DNA of 64,000 nucleotides from Ignavibacteriota bacterium. Its GTDB lineage: Bacteria > Bacteroidota > Ignavibacteria > Palsa-1295. The notes beneath the pieces were generated by a model that ran no database searches, had not been told where the DNA came from, and saw nothing but the letters and a program-made list of their open reading frames with translations. The stretch is from positions 224,001-288,000 of the forward strand of contig CAWBEI010000005.1 in assembly GCA_963787835.1 (NCBI GenBank), given 5' to 3'. Positions 9,369 to 18,139 of the stretch are shown here, one piece after another (within the stretch, counting starts at the first letter, position 1; each line of letters starts with the position of its first letter). A program made the position numbers and the translations under genes.

Positions 9369-11015
9369 TTATCTCCCGATCACCTGAAATGGTGCGGCTA
9401 CCGAAAACCCCGCCCCGGAGATGGTAACAAAATAGCATCCAGGCATCCAGCCGGAGAGATCGAGTTGGGCTTGGTGATCGCCGGCAATGGTAACGTTCTG
9501 TTCCATCTGTGCCACGGTAACTCCGAGCACATTGCGAACCTCGATCTTCATTGTTCCAGGAGCGATCGGGGCGTTGTATTCGACGGTAAGAGAAGTTGAT
9601 GGCGGCTGGGGATAGAGGGAGATTCCATTGGATAGTGGGAAGGGGTTATCGGTGACCGACGCATTGTTGCTAAGGGTGGCCACCAGCATATCTTCGTTCC
9701 CATGGTAGTTCGGAATATCGCCATCGGCAGATTCGGTTTCGCCGATGAAGGCAAAATCGCCATTCGTCAATGGAATAATATTGAAGGCGGCATCCAGTCC
9801 GGAACCGCCGACGCACTTCTGCCACTCGATGTTCCCGGCGGGACCGAGCTTGACGATCCATGCGTCGCCCGCGCCATGATTGCCGGTAACATCGCCATCG
9901 GTGGACATTGCCATACAACCCACGATATATCCGCCGTCGGACGTTTGCGTCACCGACCACCCTTTATCTAGCGCAGAACCTCCAAGACACTGTTGCCATT
10001 GAAGATCCCCAATGGAACTTAGCTTTACGACCCAGGCATCGGCGCTGCCATGATTCCCAGACACGTCGCCATCGTTGGAATACGTTCCGCCCGCGATGAT
10101 GAAGCCGCTATCGGATGTCAGGGCAATGGAGCTGGCCCAGTCGGTACTATCGCCGCCAAGACACTTGCCCCACAGGAAATTGCCGAGGGAATCGATCTTG
10201 ACGATCCACGCATCTTGAATTCCGCCATGGTAACCATAGACCTCACCGCCATTCATGGAGGTGAAGCCGGCAAAGCAATACCCGTGATCGGGCGTTTGCA
10301 CAATAGATACGGCCCAGTCAGTTCCCACATTGCCATAGCACTTCGACCACTGCACCTTGCCCGAACCGTCGAGCTTTGTGATCCAGGCATCGTCGTTCTG
10401 AACAGTATCGCCGCCGAAATGACCGGTGACGCACCCATCGTTCGAGGCCGTATAACCAGCTACGGCATACCCGCCATCATCGGTTTGGATGATCGAATAG
10501 ATATCATCCCAATTGGTGCCGCCAATAACCGTGCCCCACTCTATTTGATGGCCGGGTGAGAGTTTGACAACCCATCCATCGCTGCCTCCGCCGTAGTCAC
10601 TATCAATTTCAACGACATCGCCATCTTGAGATTCCGTTCGAACGGCAACGCAATATCCACCATCCTTCGTTTGGACGATCGAGTTCGCCTCTTCCTGTAG
10701 GGTTCCACCGAGGCATTTTTCCCAGAGGAGATTCCCCGAATTATTAAGCTTCAGAATCCAGGCATCTTCGAAGCCGCCGTGGTAATCGGGAAGGCCGGGC
10801 TCCACGGTATCACCCGTATATCCGGCCACAACAAAGCCGCTATCGCCCGTTTGAACAATGTGATAGCCTTCGTCAGGCCGAAGTCCGCCATACGTTTGAA
10901 CCCATCCGATATGCGGAGCAGTTTGGGCGTGTGAAACGCTCGGAACGATTGCCAGAAAAAAGTATATCGTTCCTAAAAGGACGAATCCGCGTTGTCGGTC
11001 TAGAAATATAAACAT
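9369..11015 (-). CDS. T9SS-secreted beta-propeller repeat protein
   Basis: Repeats GGxxxDxAxSIxQTxDGGY...DAWIVKL; CTD LYPQP...GCYFVTI. Confidence 0.85.
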   Translation of the reverse strand: MFIFLDRQRGFVLLGTIYFFLAIVPSVSHAQTAPHIGWVQTYGGLRPDEGYHIVQTGDSGFVVAGYTGDTVEPGLPDYHGGFEDAWILKLNNSGNLLWEKCLGGTLQEEANSIVQTKDGGYCVAVRTESQDGDVVEIDSDYGGGSDGWVVKLSPGHQIEWGTVIGGTNWDDIYSIIQTDDGGYAVAGYTASNDGCVTGHFGGDTVQNDDAWITKLDGSGKVQWSKCYGNVGTDWAVSIVQTPDHGYCFAGFTSMNGGEVYGYHGGIQDAWIVKIDSLGNFLWGKCLGGDSTDWASSIALTSDSGFIIAGGTYSNDGDVSGNHGSADAWVVKLSSIGDLQWQQCLGGSALDKGWSVTQTSDGGYIVGCMAMSTDGDVTGNHGAGDAWIVKLGPAGNIEWQKCVGGSGLDAAFNIIPLTNGDFAFIGETESADGDIPNYHGNEDMLVATLSNNASVTDNPFPLSNGISLYPQPPSTSLTVEYNAPIAPGTMKIEVRNVLGVTVAQMEQNVTIAGDHQAQLDLSGWMPGCYFVTISGAGFSVAAPFQVIGR

Positions 11016-11080
11016 CGGAACAGCTTGACTGACGGAATACGAGTGCAGAACCGAAAGAAGCCCCGAAATAATTCTACTCG

Positions 11081-11758
11081 CTATCTCGCTCCGAGTTTCT
11101 TCAAGGTAGTAATGTAATGGCTGTGGGGATACTCGTTTCGAAGTCGTTCATAATAAAGGTTTGCGTCTTGCTTATTCCCGAGATGCAAGGCTGCTCGTGA
11201 AAGTTTGAAATACGCCATTTCTCGTTTATGCTGAGGCCCAACGCGAGTCACATATTCAAAATACGGCATGGACTCTGCATACCGATCCTGTGCATAGAAG
11301 GATTCACCCATCCAATAATAGGCGTTCGGAACTAACTCCGGAGGACGGCCCTTCGTAACGATTTGTGAGAACAGGGCGATGGCTTCATCGTAACGTCTGC
11401 CATTATAGGAGCCAAGCGCAGCCTCGTAGAGGCCATACTCGGTCAAATTCGGTTGTGGCACATAGGGCGCACCCCACGGAGTTCGCTGCTGGGAGAAATT
11501 AGGTTGACCGGATTGGTCACCAGAAGGCGCCGCTTCACGGTCTTCAGCCGAAAGCTGATTTACGCGGGCAAGCGCGCTATCGGCATTTGTGAGAACAGCC
11601 TGCGCGCTGGGCGTTGTAGAATTTGCCTCAGTTGCCGGAGCGGCTGGTTTGTTGCGCGCCGCACTTGATTTATTCGATCTCGAAGATCGGCATGAGATAA
11701 GCGTCGAGCCAACTGCGAGAAAACCTACGAGTACTAAGCTTGTTTTAATGGATGACAT
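11081..11758 (-). CDS. TPR lipoprotein, CpoB/YbgF-like
   Basis: Lipobox LISC; YEAALGSY, PNAYYWMGESFY, LRNEYPHS. Confidence 0.8.
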   Translation of the reverse strand: MSSIKTSLVLVGFLAVGSTLISCRSSRSNKSSAARNKPAAPATEANSTTPSAQAVLTNADSALARVNQLSAEDREAAPSGDQSGQPNFSQQRTPWGAPYVPQPNLTEYGLYEAALGSYNGRRYDEAIALFSQIVTKGRPPELVPNAYYWMGESFYAQDRYAESMPYFEYVTRVGPQHKREMAYFKLSRAALHLGNKQDANLYYERLRNEYPHSHYITTLKKLGAR

Positions 11759-11773
11759 TAGCGCCTCTGGGTC

Positions 11774-12625
11774 TTAATAAAGATTGAATTTGAAGCCAAG
11801 GGACAGTGCTACGTTCGAAGCAGAACGTGATTCGTCTTTCGGATAAAGCAGCGTAGGATCGGTGAGGGGTCCATTGGTTGCCGGTTGCCCTCCGCCACTG
11901 ATGTTATAAGTATAAATATTACATGTCATTTCCGTAAGACGAACTTCAGCAAAAATGTCGAACATGCTATTGCCGGCATCGGGGTCGTACATCATAGGCA
12001 GTTCGAATCCGATCGCTCCATATAATCCAAAGGGAATGGGAGGTGCCATCTTCCGAGTGAAGCTTCCGGAAGGATCGTTCGAGTAACTCACATCTTCTTC
12101 GTAGTCTCCGACAAGCCATACGCCTCCGCCAGCGCCAATATAGACAGAAGGCAATCCGCCGCCGAAATTGGAACGGACATTCAATCCGAGTGTAACGGGA
12201 ATAAAGGAAGTGGTTCGGGTGGTCGTTTGAATAGTGCCATTGGCAAGGGCATCGTTCGTGGTCCCGCCAGTTGACAGATCGTACCCAGAAGCAGCTTCGA
12301 GTTCCAAGCCAACAACAGGAACAGTTCCGCTGTTACTTCCGAGCGAATCGACGACATCGATAGGCAGAATTGGAAGATCCAGCGCCAAATTCAACTTCGC
12401 GCCCTGGCCGGTGCTCCACCACACTTGAGAGTTACCATCGAAGCCATAGAGTTGGTTTGCGCGTCCCAAGCCATATCCCGCGCTTGCTTTTACACTAAAT
12501 AGCGTGGGAAGCTCTCCGGTAGGTTGGTCGGCATCCTGTGCATGGAGCACGGGTGCAACGACTACGACGCTCAGGCCGAAAATATAACGGGCAATTCGTT
12601 TCATGGGTCGAATGGATCTCATCAT
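11774..12625 (-). CDS. Outer-membrane beta-barrel protein
   Basis: Signal peptide LHA-Q; IPVTLGL, VYIGAGGG; terminal LGFKFNLY. Confidence 0.75.
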   Translation of the reverse strand: MMRSIRPMKRIARYIFGLSVVVVAPVLHAQDADQPTGELPTLFSVKASAGYGLGRANQLYGFDGNSQVWWSTGQGAKLNLALDLPILPIDVVDSLGSNSGTVPVVGLELEAASGYDLSTGGTTNDALANGTIQTTTRTTSFIPVTLGLNVRSNFGGGLPSVYIGAGGGVWLVGDYEEDVSYSNDPSGSFTRKMAPPIPFGLYGAIGFELPMMYDPDAGNSMFDIFAEVRLTEMTCNIYTYNISGGGQPATNGPLTDPTLLYPKDESRSASNVALSLGFKFNLY

Positions 12626-12635
12626 AAAAAAATAG

Positions 12636-13523
12636 TTAATGACTTAGGGCTTTCAACCGTGCAAGTGCGCGTGATCGGAACTCCGAGCTCGGATAATCAG
12701 CAATAACACGCTCATAGGCTGCTCGCGCACTTTGAGTATCTTTTAGCCGCTCGTAACACTCTCCGGTCTTGAAAAGCGATGCCGCTACTTTCGTGGAATT
12801 CGGATATTGTTCCAACACAGTTCCGAACGTTTCCAGCGCTTTGTTATACCGCTTCTCGCCGTAATAACATTCCGCTTCCCAATACCGGTAATTGCTCGCA
12901 TATACCCCATTGGGATCGTCTCGTTCGAGCGCTTTAAATTGGTCGAGCGCCGCATCGAAATTATTGTCGTTAAAGAGACCCAGCGCGGCGGTGTACTTCT
13001 GTTGAAACGATGGTTGAGCATCATCGCTGGGCTGGGTGCTTGGGACTGGCACCGGTGTATTATCCGGAGGCGTTGCCGGAGGGTTTGCGGGAGTTGTTGG
13101 TGGTGGGCTATACGAAGGAGGGGTGTAAGAAGGCGCAGTATAAGATGGTGCGTTATATGGAGCAGGTGTACTCGGCGGCGGAGCGGTCATGTAAGAACCA
13201 TTCGAGCGGCTTCCATTATTGGGAGGCATAGCCGGTTGGCTATTATAGGATTGCCCTTGCAACGCCTGCACCTCCTGTTCAAGTGCGCGAATGCGTGCAT
13301 GATCCGCATCCACCAAACTTGCCAACGAGTCGATCACTTCTGTCAGTTTTGCCTCGATCAAAAGCAATGAATCCATCTGTCGCGAGGTAGCTGGAGAGGC
13401 ATTGGCAGCGCTATGCGTAGCGTTTGAACGCCGCGCCTGTTGTGCCGTTCGGCAGGAGGCAATGGCGAACAGACCCAAAGAAAAAAGTATGGCAAATACA
13501 GGGATTCGGCGTAATGTGGTCAT
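12636..13523 (-). CDS. cpoB: Tol-Pal associated protein CpoB/YbgF-like lipoprotein
   Basis: Lipobox IASC, coiled coil, Pro-rich linker, TPR (YWEAECYY, QYPNSTK, ADYPSS). Confidence 0.78.
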   Translation of the reverse strand: MTTLRRIPVFAILFSLGLFAIASCRTAQQARRSNATHSAANASPATSRQMDSLLLIEAKLTEVIDSLASLVDADHARIRALEQEVQALQGQSYNSQPAMPPNNGSRSNGSYMTAPPPSTPAPYNAPSYTAPSYTPPSYSPPPTTPANPPATPPDNTPVPVPSTQPSDDAQPSFQQKYTAALGLFNDNNFDAALDQFKALERDDPNGVYASNYRYWEAECYYGEKRYNKALETFGTVLEQYPNSTKVAASLFKTGECYERLKDTQSARAAYERVIADYPSSEFRSRALARLKALSH

Positions 13524-13544
13524 TTAATAATTCCTATAACCTCA

Positions 13545-13552
13545 CAAATATA
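13545..13552 (-). promoter_or_regulatory. -7 promoter box TATATTTG for the cpoB-like operon
   Basis: Matches TAnnTTTG in the divergent intergenic region. Confidence 0.5.
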
Positions 13553-13665
13553 CAAATTATTGGTAGAAATTCCAAAAAAACGTATTCTTTTCTTTAAGGC
13601 AACACATCAGAATTAGTTGAGATGGAAGCGCAGAATTCTTCGTTTGTGTCATCCGATTCAATCGT

Positions 13666-14850
13666 ATGAAGAAGATCACTCCCCCAACACACATCGAAGC
13701 GCTCCATGCATACAAACCAGGCAAACCCATTGCCGAGGTCATGGCAGAATATGGTTTGACCGATGTGATCAAACTTGCATCGAACGAGAATCCGATCGGC
13801 CCATCGCCAAAAGCTGTCGAGGCAGCACGCCATGCGCTCGAAGATATGCACCATTATCCGAATGGCGGCCGATCGCTCAGGGAAGCAATTGCGCGTAAAT
13901 ATCACCTTTCTGTCGATGAAGTGATTGCGGGATCGGGAAGTGAGGGGGTCATGAATACTCTCATGCGTACCTTTCTTGAAAAAGGCGATGAAGTGTTGAC
14001 CAGTGAAGGTACCTTCTCGGGATTTTATGTCCTCGCTAACGCGATGGGCCTTCGTACGGTGATGGCTCCGCTCAGGAATTATGCTTATGATCTGGAAGCG
14101 ATGGCGCGCTGCATTAGCGAGAACACGAAACTTATTTATCTCGCAAACCCGAACAATCCGACGGGCAGTGTTTTTGGCAGAACGGAATTTGAAGCGTTCT
14201 ACCGGCAAGTTCCATCGGACGTCATCGTCTTATTAGATGAAGCTTATTATGACTTTGCCATTTTAGATGTGCCGGATTATTTTAGTTTGCTCGCCGATAT
14301 TCGCCCCAATGTGTTTACCCTTCGGACCTTTTCAAAATCCCATGGGCTGGCAGGCATTCGTATCGGATTTGGTACCGGATCCGAAGAGATGATCGCACCC
14401 ATGTTGAAGGTGAAGCTGCCGTTCGAGCCAAGCACTGCCGCGCAAGCTGCCGGTATCGCGGCATTAGATGACGATGAATTCCTTCATCGCACTATTGAAA
14501 CGAACCAAATTGGCAAACAGTATTTTCAGGAAGCGTTCGAGAAGCTTGGAGTGGAATATGTCGATACGGCCGCGAATTTCTTTTTACTTCCTATCGGCAC
14601 TGCGGCTCAATCGCATCTTTTTGTGATCGAGATGGAACGTCGAGGCATTATTGTTCGCCCGCTCGATGGTTCTGGTATGCATACCGGTGTCCGAATTTCC
14701 ATTGGGACGATGGAAGAGAACGAACGTGCTATTGAGGCAATGAAGAAAATACTTCCAGCGCTTGGTATTTCAACGAATGGGGCTTTGCATTCCTCCGTTG
14801 AAGGTGCTTCATTTCCGGTGATGGTTGGCGAGGGATCAAACCGTGCCTGA
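13666..14850 (+). CDS. hisC: Histidinol-phosphate aminotransferase
   Basis: YKPGKP, KLASNENP, NPNNPTG, DEAY, RTFSKSHGLAGIRIG. Confidence 0.93.
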   Translation: MKKITPPTHIEALHAYKPGKPIAEVMAEYGLTDVIKLASNENPIGPSPKAVEAARHALEDMHHYPNGGRSLREAIARKYHLSVDEVIAGSGSEGVMNTLMRTFLEKGDEVLTSEGTFSGFYVLANAMGLRTVMAPLRNYAYDLEAMARCISENTKLIYLANPNNPTGSVFGRTEFEAFYRQVPSDVIVLLDEAYYDFAILDVPDYFSLLADIRPNVFTLRTFSKSHGLAGIRIGFGTGSEEMIAPMLKVKLPFEPSTAAQAAGIAALDDDEFLHRTIETNQIGKQYFQEAFEKLGVEYVDTAANFFLLPIGTAAQSHLFVIEMERRGIIVRPLDGSGMHTGVRISIGTMEENERAIEAMKKILPALGISTNGALHSSVEGASFPVMVGEGSNRA

Positions 14851-15748
14851 CGAATCTACCGATTATCTCCGCCCGGAGATCGCATCCGGTCTCGGCTCGA
14901 TGGAACTTGTTGCCAAATTCGTGGTGGAGGGATTCATCACCGGTCTGCACAAATCGCCGTATCATGGTTTTTCGGTGGAGTTTGCCGAGCACCGTCCGTA
15001 TTTACCCGGTGATGCCATTCGCAACATTGATTGGAAGCTGTTCGCGCGCACAGACCGCCATTACATCAAGCAATACGAGGAGGAGACCAATCTCAAGGCG
15101 CATATTATCATTGACGCCTCGCGCTCGATGAATTACACGAGCGACCCCAAGCGCATCACGAAATACAAATATGCAACCATGCTCGCTGCGGCACTCGCGT
15201 ATATGCTGATGCGTCAGCAGGATGCGGTTGGTCTTGCTATTTTCGATGAAGAACTTCGTACCTTCATGCCCGCGCGTCTAAAGCAAAGTTATTTGCGCGA
15301 AATGCTGCGGGTGCTGCAAACGACTGAACCATCGCACGCCACGCGAACGGAAACCGCGCTTCGCCGCGTAGCCGAACGCCTAACGCGTCGCGGACTTGTT
15401 ATCGTTATCAGTGATTTCTTAGACGAGCCAGACCAAATAAAGCTCCCGCTTTCGCTCATGCAACATGCGGGGCACGAAGTCATTGCATTCCAAGTACTCG
15501 ATCCCGCCGAGCGGACGCTCGAACTTGACAGCGCCGATGCAACCATTGTTGATATCGAAACCGGCGAGCAAATTCGCACGCAGCCATATCAGATGCAGGC
15601 GAGCTATCAGAAGGCAGTAGAGACATTTCTCGGAACCTTGAAAGATTCACTCATTGCAGAGGGCATTGATTACCTGCTTCTCGAAACGACCACACCCTTC
15701 GACCGAGCACTGCTCGAATATCTGCACAAGCGGCAGTTGATGGGATGA
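14843..15748 (+). CDS. DUF58 domain protein (MoxR/vWA-associated)
   Basis: GLHKSPYHGFSVEFAEHRPY.PGD.IRNIDWK, YEEETN, ISDF; GTG start overlaps the hisC stop (start uncertain). Confidence 0.93.
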   Translation: MPDESTDYLRPEIASGLGSMELVAKFVVEGFITGLHKSPYHGFSVEFAEHRPYLPGDAIRNIDWKLFARTDRHYIKQYEEETNLKAHIIIDASRSMNYTSDPKRITKYKYATMLAAALAYMLMRQQDAVGLAIFDEELRTFMPARLKQSYLREMLRVLQTTEPSHATRTETALRRVAERLTRRGLVIVISDFLDEPDQIKLPLSLMQHAGHEVIAFQVLDPAERTLELDSADATIVDIETGEQIRTQPYQMQASYQKAVETFLGTLKDSLIAEGIDYLLLETTTPFDRALLEYLHKRQLMG

Positions 15749-15752
15749 ATCA

Positions 15753-15806
15753 GAACCAGGATTACGCGGATTTTAGCGGATTACGCGGATGGATTTTGGC
15801 GGATTG
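15753..15806. repeat. GAACCAGGATT-(N4-5GGATT)n nonamer-type repeat
   Basis: ggattacgc ggattttagc ggattacgc ggat ggattttggc ggatt; related array at 53511. Confidence 0.7.
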
Positions 15807-15808
15807 GG

Positions 15809-16171
15809 TCAGAGTTTCATGAGTCCCGTCACAATGGTTAGTGCTGAATCAACTTTGGCCATCGTAGATTCGGTGAGTGAACCATAGTGCCTGAGGATTC
15901 GGCTCTTATCTACAGAACGAATTTGCAAGAGCATGATTCTGGAATCTTTCGTGAGACCGCCTTCGGGCGCTTTGATTTGCACCTCGATCGGAAGGTCAAA
16001 ATCGAGCGGCGTGCTTGTGATTGCCGCTATCATCACCGTATTATAGTTACTATTGATGATCTCTGGCGAGAGGACGAGCGCGGGACGAACTCCGGCTTGT
16101 TCGTGCCCTTTTACTGGGTCGAGGACTACGCGAACGATGTCGCCGCGGCGCAGGCTGGTTGGATTTTTCAT
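15809..16171 (-). CDS. mazF: Type II TA toxin, PemK/MazF family endoribonuclease
   Basis: RRGDIVRVVLDPVKGHEQAGVRPALVLS, QIRSVDKSRI. Confidence 0.95.
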   Translation of the reverse strand: MKNPTSLRRGDIVRVVLDPVKGHEQAGVRPALVLSPEIINSNYNTVMIAAITSTPLDFDLPIEVQIKAPEGGLTKDSRIMLLQIRSVDKSRILRHYGSLTESTMAKVDSALTIVTGLMKL

Positions 16172-16400
16172 AGACTTCTTCTTCTAAAGGATACCATGCT
16201 TTCGATTCCTGGAGATATAAGTCATTCACGAGCGGCGCGCCGGCAATGAGGGCTGCGCGGATTTTTTCCCGAGCACTTTCGGCAAGATAATTCCGCATTA
16301 ACCCTGAAAGTATAAGGCTGCGGCTTCCGGACTCGACCGCATCCTCGAACGCATTTAACGTCCGCTCGTCAATGGAATATGTTCGTTTTTTGAGATGCAT
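16050..16400 (-). CDS. Putative antitoxin (ribbon-helix-helix-like) for MazF
   Basis: Directly upstream of the toxin; KKRTYSID...RS.ILS.LMRNYL RHH pattern; acidic EEEVYE segment. Confidence 0.75.
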   Translation of the reverse strand: MHLKKRTYSIDERTLNAFEDAVESGSRSLILSGLMRNYLAESAREKIRAALIAGAPLVNDLYLQESKAWYPLEEEVYEKSNQPAPRRHRSRSPRPSKRARTSRSSSRARPLARDHQ

Positions 16401-16452
16401 AAGATTCTCCTTTGGGAATACTAACAGGAATACGATGAGTGTTTGTTCCGCC

Positions 16453-16500
16453 AGCCGCGCGCCACTGGCATGTCAGCACAAGTGGCAGTTGATGGGGTAG
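16453..16500 (+). repeat. Displaced copy 2 of the DUF58 3' end (att-like direct repeat)
   Basis: agc cgc gcg cca ctg gca tgt cag cac aag tgg cag ttg atg ggg tag versus gene gac cga gca ctg ctc gaa tat ctg cac aag cgg cag ttg atg gga tga. Confidence 0.8.
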
Positions 16501-16502
16501 AG

Positions 16503-16919
16503 TTATATCGTTCTGAGAAGTGCCTGGAATCCGGCTTGTTCGAAGTGATGGTCGAACGTTAGTGCCTCCGCGATTTTTCGTTCTCGCATGATGACGAATG
16601 AGGCGCAGTCAACAAGAGACCACGATTGGTCCGCTGCTCGCTCATAAAGTGCGATGGCGGCGGAAAGCAGTGTAGAGGTTATAGGAAGGATAGTGACGAA
16701 TGGATTTTGGTGCAGATCCTTCCAAGTTCCAATGGCCTGGCGGCGAGCTATTTCGCCACTGCGAGAAAAATGCGATAAGAATTCGACCAGTACAAGCTCA
16801 GTTGTCACGACTATCGTATCTGAGAGGAGCGATGCGGCATTCATTGCAGCCGGATGAAGCCGGTCGCGGGGAACTTGGAGCGCGACCAGATACGTGGTAT
16901 CCGCAAAAACTTCTTTCAC
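16503..16919 (-). CDS. vapC: Type II TA toxin, PIN/VapC family
   Basis: VFADTTYLVAL, VLVEFL, WSLVDCASF, ALTFDHHFEQAGF; GTG start overlaps the antitoxin TGA. Confidence 0.93.
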   Translation of the reverse strand: MKEVFADTTYLVALQVPRDRLHPAAMNAASLLSDTIVVTTELVLVEFLSHFSRSGEIARRQAIGTWKDLHQNPFVTILPITSTLLSAAIALYERAADQSWSLVDCASFVIMRERKIAEALTFDHHFEQAGFQALLRTI

Positions 16920-17128
16920 TCGTGGCCGAGGGATTCGCTGCCCAAACAATAGTCACTTTCGCGGAGCCTTCTGGAAAGATCGTCTTGTACATCCGGCGGA
17001 ATGAGCCGTCCCCGCTCTGCGATCCGATGAAACAGGTCAACAAGCGATCCTTTGGATTCTTGCTGTCCTGCGCGCTTCGCTGAGGGGCGGCGTGGCATGA
17101 CTTTCTTAGATGCCGTCTTCGTGCTCAT
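16916..17128 (-). CDS. Putative antitoxin for the PIN toxin
   Basis: 70 aa from ATG 17128 (MSTKTASKK...), GTGA-coupled to the PIN gene. Confidence 0.7.
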   Translation of the reverse strand: MSTKTASKKVMPRRPSAKRAGQQESKGSLVDLFHRIAERGRLIPPDVQDDLSRRLRESDYCLGSESLGHE

Positions 17129-17161
17129 AACACATACAACACAACCGCGAAATCTTCGTTT

Positions 17162-17224
17162 CCCTTCGACTGTGCACGCCGCGGCGGGCTGGAATATCTG
17201 CACAAGCGGCAGTGGATGGGGTGA
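17162..17224 (+). repeat. Displaced copy 3 of the DUF58 3' end (att-like direct repeat)
   Basis: cccttcgac...gaatatctgcacaagcggcagtggatggggtga versus gene cccttcgac...gaatatctgcacaagcggcagttgatgggatga. Confidence 0.88.
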
Positions 17225-17274
17225 ACGGGCGTTAATAATTCTCTGTTTAAACTCGATGTCCATTTAACACTCTA

Positions 17275-17532
17275 ATGAAGAAAATGATGAAACAATATTT
17301 GGTTCTCATCTTGGCATCATTCATGTTCCTCACTTCGCCCGCCATTGCAACGAAGCACCCACGCAAAACATCGGAACATCGATCTAAATTACCAAAGGAG
17401 CCTAAGACTCCGCGCCCTAAAAAGTACCATGATCCTGGAAAGTCCGAGGGTGTCCATGGTCATACGGGCCCTGATGGCCGTTGGCATAAAGATTACCATC
17501 GATCTCCTCGTGGAACTGCTCAGCATAATTAG
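17275..17532 (+). CDS. Small secreted basic His/Lys-rich protein
   Basis: Signal peptide AIA-T, then K/R/H-rich mature part with VHGHTGPDGRWHKDYHRSP. Confidence 0.65.
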   Translation: MKKMMKQYLVLILASFMFLTSPAIATKHPRKTSEHRSKLPKEPKTPRPKKYHDPGKSEGVHGHTGPDGRWHKDYHRSPRGTAQHN

Positions 17533-17564
17533 TGACCAACTAAATAGGTACTTTCAATTAAATA

Positions 17565-18098
17565 ATGCCAGATCTAAAAGTAATTGGTTCTAATGTTGAA
17601 GATTATGGAAACTTCAACGAGCGAATCGCTCGATGGGATGCTTATCGCATCAATTTCTTATCCTTTATTATTAATCTAATTTTTACCCTTACTGGAGGAA
17701 GCTTCTGGATTTGGTATCAGGTCCTCAAAGATGACCGAGTTGGAAATTATCATACATACTTTTTCATCTCCAGTATAATGCTTGGGTTATCGTTCATTTT
17801 AGGGATTCTTACAATGCTTAATAGGCTTAGAGATTTTAGGTTAACCGCAAAAACCATTAGGCTTGAGCAAAACCATGATGAAAAGATAAAGTTACGAAAT
17901 CCAGCAAATGATGACAATGTCAAAAATTTGATTGAGTCAAAAATAAAAGAATTAGATACCCTCATAATCCTACATAGGATATGGACAAGGAAAATTGGTA
18001 ACTTTACTTATTGTTTTTTTTACACTCAAGTAGGGTGCTTCGTAATAGGGAATGGGTTTATCGTTTTTGCAGTGATGAAGGCATATAATTTGTTTTAA
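17565..18098 (+). CDS. AT-rich hypothetical membrane protein (about 3 TM)
   Basis: 177 aa ORF with hydrophobic segments; visibly lower GC than the flanking core genes. Confidence 0.65.
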   Translation: MPDLKVIGSNVEDYGNFNERIARWDAYRINFLSFIINLIFTLTGGSFWIWYQVLKDDRVGNYHTYFFISSIMLGLSFILGILTMLNRLRDFRLTAKTIRLEQNHDEKIKLRNPANDDNVKNLIESKIKELDTLIILHRIWTRKIGNFTYCFFYTQVGCFVIGNGFIVFAVMKAYNLF

Positions 18099-18139
18099 TT
18101 ATTGCACTTATATAAAATGCCATTTCTTAGCTCATGTCC

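Noticed and set aside
7141-11015. Diversity-generating retroelement acting on the repeat-rich secreted proteins
   Set aside because: No reverse transcriptase and no TR/VR pair with adenine-specific differences seen.
15749-17224. Integron cassette array or CRISPR
   Set aside because: Boundaries are direct copies of a gene tail, not attC palindromes; there is no intI, and no constant repeat-spacer periodicity or cas genes anywhere in the window.
17129-17263. Extended antitoxin ORF to 17263
   Set aside because: It crosses the displaced DUF58 tail copy; ATG 17128 gives a typical antitoxin size.
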